From the NCBI GenBank assembly GCA_046497275.1, contig JAWOFX010000097.1, forward strand, positions 14,471-46,470: a stretch of DNA of 32,000 bases, read 5' to 3'. Each line of letters opens with the position of its first letter. Positions within the stretch are counted from its first letter, which is position 1. Positions 28,533 to 32,000 of the stretch are shown here, one piece after another. Under the pieces are notes generated by a model, which did not search any database, was not told the origin of the DNA, and saw only the letters and a list, made by a program, of their open reading frames with translations. A program made the position numbers and the translations under genes. Origin of the DNA: Promethearchaeia archaeon. Its GTDB lineage: Archaea; Asgardarchaeota; Lokiarchaeia; Sigyniarchaeales; SOKP01.

Positions 28533-30206
28533 ATGGAATTTATTTATTTTTTTACATTTTTAATATTTACTATACTGAGTATTATTCTAGTTTTTTTAAA
28601 CATTTTTTATGTTTTATTTAAAAAAATAGGTTATAAAGTTCCAAAAATAAAATATGGAATTAATTGGGTTTTTTTCTTTAATATAATCGTGTTTCTAATT
28701 TCAGTTTTATTTTTTCTATTAAAGGCAAATTTATTGAAAGTTGATTTTAATAACTATAGAAATTTAATTATTTTATTTAATTTATCTACTTTCTTTATTT
28801 TCCTCTCTGGAATTTTATATTTAAAGTGCTACTTTGAATCTTTTAATAAAATAATCGAATTAGAGATGCCATCTTATTATAGAGCAAATCGTGGAAAAAT
28901 AAGAATTGGAAAGGTTGTTATCAAAAATAAAGAAAAGTTTGATTTTTATATTTCAAAAGAAGATTTAGAGAAACATATGTTTATTTGCGGCGCTAGTGGT
29001 ACTGGAAAGAGTAATTTTTTACAAAATTTTTTAATAAATTTTAAGAAACATTATCAGATACCTTTCTTTTTGGTAGAATTCAAGGGAGAATATCAATTTC
29101 TCCAAAAAAAAATTCAAGATACATTAATTTTTTGGCCTGGTAAAAATTTTTCAATTAATATATTCAATCCAGAAGGATCAGATCCTGAAATACATGCTGA
29201 AAGAATTTTTGATATTTTAAAGAGTGGTCGCTTTTTTGAGGAGAATTCTGAATTCTCACCGCAAATGGAGAAGGCATTAGTAGATATTTTAGTAAAAATA
29301 TGTAAAAATCGGTCTTATCAAAATTGGGAGGGTTTTGAACATTATTCTGATATATACTTAAAAGAAAAAGCCAAAACAATTCCCATGTTAGAACAAACCT
29401 TAGTAAGTATTAAAAATAGAATAAGAAGATATTCAAAAGGACCTCTTAAGAAACTTTTTGATAATACTTCGGGTATTGATTTAAATATTTTATTTAATTC
29501 AAATGTTATCTTAGATTTAAGTTCAATTATTCGTTTAGGAGGGGAGAAGGAGGATGCGCTTTTTTTTCTTAATATGATTTTAAAATATTTGTGGGATAAA
29601 AATATAATACAAGGATCTCACAATTTTTCTGGATTGAAACATTTAACAATAATAGAGGATGCGCAATATTTTGCCCCAAAAGATTTACCTAATAGAACAA
29701 AATTAACTACATATTTAGAAGATATAGCTCTCCTTCAGAGAGGGACTGGTGAGGGATTAATAACTTTAGCTACCAGACCAGACATAAGCAGAGAAATACT
29801 AGCTAATTGTGGTATAATTGTGATTTTTAAAACAAATTTAGAAAAAGATTTGATATGTGAAATTCTTAACTTAGATCTTGAAAAAAAAAACTTTCTTTCT
29901 TATCTATTTGAAGGTCAATGTATTGTAAGAATAAATTCTATCGAAGAACCTTTCTTAATTAAAACATCACTAATAGAGCGATACCCAATTACGATATCTG
30001 AAATGATAAAAAAGAATGAGATGATTTTATCAAACAAAAAACATTTTAAAAGAACAAAAGAATTAAATTCTGAAATAAAATTATCTGAAAAGAATAAAGA
30101 AAAGAAAAATAAAAACTTTATAGAAACAATGAAAGAAGAAGAAGGATTTAAGGCTTTTAACTCATATATAAACAAGCTATATAAATTGCAGAATAATAAA
30201 GAATAA
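28533..30206 (+). CDS. Membrane-anchored HerA/FtsK/VirB4-superfamily ATPase (DUF87-like)
   Basis: Three N-terminal hydrophobic segments, LEKHMFICGASGTGKS Walker A, EFKGEY, INIFNP, TIIEDAQ Walker B-like, ATRPD. Confidence 0.8.
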   Translation: MEFIYFFTFLIFTILSIILVFLNIFYVLFKKIGYKVPKIKYGINWVFFFNIIVFLISVLFFLLKANLLKVDFNNYRNLIILFNLSTFFIFLSGILYLKCYFESFNKIIELEMPSYYRANRGKIRIGKVVIKNKEKFDFYISKEDLEKHMFICGASGTGKSNFLQNFLINFKKHYQIPFFLVEFKGEYQFLQKKIQDTLIFWPGKNFSINIFNPEGSDPEIHAERIFDILKSGRFFEENSEFSPQMEKALVDILVKICKNRSYQNWEGFEHYSDIYLKEKAKTIPMLEQTLVSIKNRIRRYSKGPLKKLFDNTSGIDLNILFNSNVILDLSSIIRLGGEKEDALFFLNMILKYLWDKNIIQGSHNFSGLKHLTIIEDAQYFAPKDLPNRTKLTTYLEDIALLQRGTGEGLITLATRPDISREILANCGIIVIFKTNLEKDLICEILNLDLEKKNFLSYLFEGQCIVRINSIEEPFLIKTSLIERYPITISEMIKKNEMILSNKKHFKRTKELNSEIKLSEKNKEKKNKNFIETMKEEEGFKAFNSYINKLYKLQNNKE

Positions 30207-30238
30207 ATTTTAAGGTAGTCAAATCTTATCTCTTAAGT

Positions 30239-31450
30239 ATGCCTTTAATTTTAGGAATTATTGGAAAGCCGAGTAGTGGTAAATCTACATTTTTAAATGC
30301 TGCGTGTCTAACACATGCAGAAGTCAGTGAAATACCATTTACAACAATCGAACCAAATAAAGGTGTTGCTTATGTTAGGTCTCCTTGCGTTTGTCGAGAA
30401 ATGAATGTACAAGATAATCCAAAAAATTCTATATGTCTTAATGGTATTCGATTCATACCAATTAATCTATTAGATGTAGCAGGTTTAGTTCCGGATGCTC
30501 ATAAAGGAAAAGGTTTAGGTAATCAATTTTTGAATGATCTGAGTAGGGCAGATCTACTAATCCATATTGTCGATATGACAGGGTCTTTAGATAAGTCTGG
30601 AAATCTTATTGGAATGGGAGAAAATGACCCTTATGAAGATATTCTTTTTTTAGAAAATGAGATTGATCTATGGTTTAAAGATATTATCAAAAGAGAAGAT
30701 TGGAATAAGTTTACAAGATCATTTGCTAAGGAAAAAAGGGGCTTTATAAAAGCTTTGAGTGAGAGATTATCTGGAGTAAAAATTAATACGAATCAAATCA
30801 AAATTGCTCTCGATAAATCTGAATTAGAGAATAAAGATCCAAATACTTGGACCGATCAAGATCTTAAAAGATATTCTAGAGAGTTAAGGAAAATTTCAAA
30901 ACCCATTATTACAGTTGCAAATAAAATAGATAAAGAAATTAGTGTAGAAAATTTTAAAAGGTTAAGAGAGATTTATGAAGGAGAAATTATTCCAACCAGT
31001 GCGTTAGCTGAATATATTTTAAGAAAATATGATGAGGAGAATAAAATTAAATATATTCCAGGAACCACGGATTTTAAAGTTTTAAATCCAGATAATTTCA
31101 ATTCAAAAGAACTTGAAACATTGGAAAAAATAAATCAAGAATTACTTAAAAGATTTGACGGAACGGGTGTTCAAAAAGTTTTTGAGTATGCAATTTTCGA
31201 CGTTTTAAATCAAATTTGTGTCTACCCTGTTTCTGACGTAAATAAATTGACTGATAACAGAGGAAATGTTTTACCAGACGTATTTTTAGTTAATAAAGGA
31301 ACAAAGCTAAAGGATTTTATTAGCAACAAGATACATAGTGAATTAGCGGATAATTTTCTTTATGGGATAAATGCAAGAACTAAAAAACGTCTAGGAGAAA
31401 ATTATGAATTAGAAAACAATGATATTATAAAGATTGTGGCGACTAAATAA
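30239..31450 (+). CDS. ychF: Archaeal YchF/OLA1 Obg-family NTPase
   Basis: GKPSSGKST, PFTTIEPN, DVAGLVP.AH.GKGLGNQFL, ANKID, C-terminal TGS domain. Confidence 0.92.
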   Translation: MPLILGIIGKPSSGKSTFLNAACLTHAEVSEIPFTTIEPNKGVAYVRSPCVCREMNVQDNPKNSICLNGIRFIPINLLDVAGLVPDAHKGKGLGNQFLNDLSRADLLIHIVDMTGSLDKSGNLIGMGENDPYEDILFLENEIDLWFKDIIKREDWNKFTRSFAKEKRGFIKALSERLSGVKINTNQIKIALDKSELENKDPNTWTDQDLKRYSRELRKISKPIITVANKIDKEISVENFKRLREIYEGEIIPTSALAEYILRKYDEENKIKYIPGTTDFKVLNPDNFNSKELETLEKINQELLKRFDGTGVQKVFEYAIFDVLNQICVYPVSDVNKLTDNRGNVLPDVFLVNKGTKLKDFISNKIHSELADNFLYGINARTKKRLGENYELENNDIIKIVATK

Positions 31451-31653
31451 GAAGATTGTCATTCTTCTTTGGAAGTTATTAAAATATATACTAAAATTAT
31501 AATTAGCAATAAAATCCCTAAGAATAATAAACTAAATCTAAATATCTCTTCATCCATAATAATTTAATATTTGTTCTTCCTTTATTTTTCAAATTAAAAA
31601 TCATAAAAAAGATTTCTGATTTAATAATTTTATAAGCTTGTTCTCTATATGAT

Positions 31654-31680
31654 ACCAAAAAATTTGAAAGGTGAAAAAGA
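31654..31680 (-). terminator. Possible T-tract terminator after tRNA-Ala
   Basis: Minus strand reads TCTTTTTCACCTTTCAAATTTTTTGG right after the discriminator; weak evidence in an AT-rich genome. Confidence 0.3.
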
Positions 31681-31752
31681 TGGACCTGACGGGATTTGAA
31701 CCCGTGGCCTCTTGAATGCAAGTCAAGCGATCTTCCGCTAATCTACAGGCCC
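31681..31752 (-). tRNA. tRNA-Ala(TGC)
   Basis: Acceptor GGGCCTG/CAGGTCC+A with the G3:U70 identity pair, anticodon arm CTTGA-CTTGCAT-TCAAG, T arm ACGGG-TTCAAAT-CCCGT. Confidence 0.96.
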
Positions 31753-31815
31753 ATGCATTTCAAATTAAACTAAATAGGCTTTTCTGGTATGATTTAGCAA
31801 AATAAAGAGAAAAAA

Positions 31816-32000
<185 letters not shown>

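Noticed and set aside
24504-30175. ORFs 24504-24704, 25627-25869, 26170-26367, 26533-26778, 29164-29379 and 29915-30175
   Set aside because: Antisense shadows of the roadblock, thermosome and ATPase genes.

Overview
Strongly AT-rich archaeal chromosomal DNA, most likely from an Asgard archaeon of the Lokiarchaeia/Promethearchaeota type. This assignment is inferred from a profilin-like protein, a tandem roadblock protein, a RING-variant protein, a TACK/Asgard-type 16S helix 44 and archaeal housekeeping genes. The window is mostly core genome: Dim2/Pno1-like KH protein, ftsZ, tfb, rpoP (missed by the ORF track), RPA, thermosome, pyrH, pantoate kinase, proC, argH, a LysY/ArgC reductase, aroA', mfnB, tsr3 and ychF. 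It holds five tRNAs, three of which carry a total of five non-canonical bulge-helix-bulge (BHB) introns, and the 3' end of a 16S rRNA followed by tRNA-Ala but no 23S. I found no CRISPR array, integrase or transposase, and no single multi-gene novel system is demonstrated. The best leads are a profilin with an extra C-terminal helical domain, a single-chain double roadblock protein coupled to tsr3, a PAC4-like protein, a C4-H-H-C2 RING protein, and a LysA-fold enzyme lacking the catalytic Cys next to a GT4. All protein calls come from motif recognition by eye; no database searches were run.
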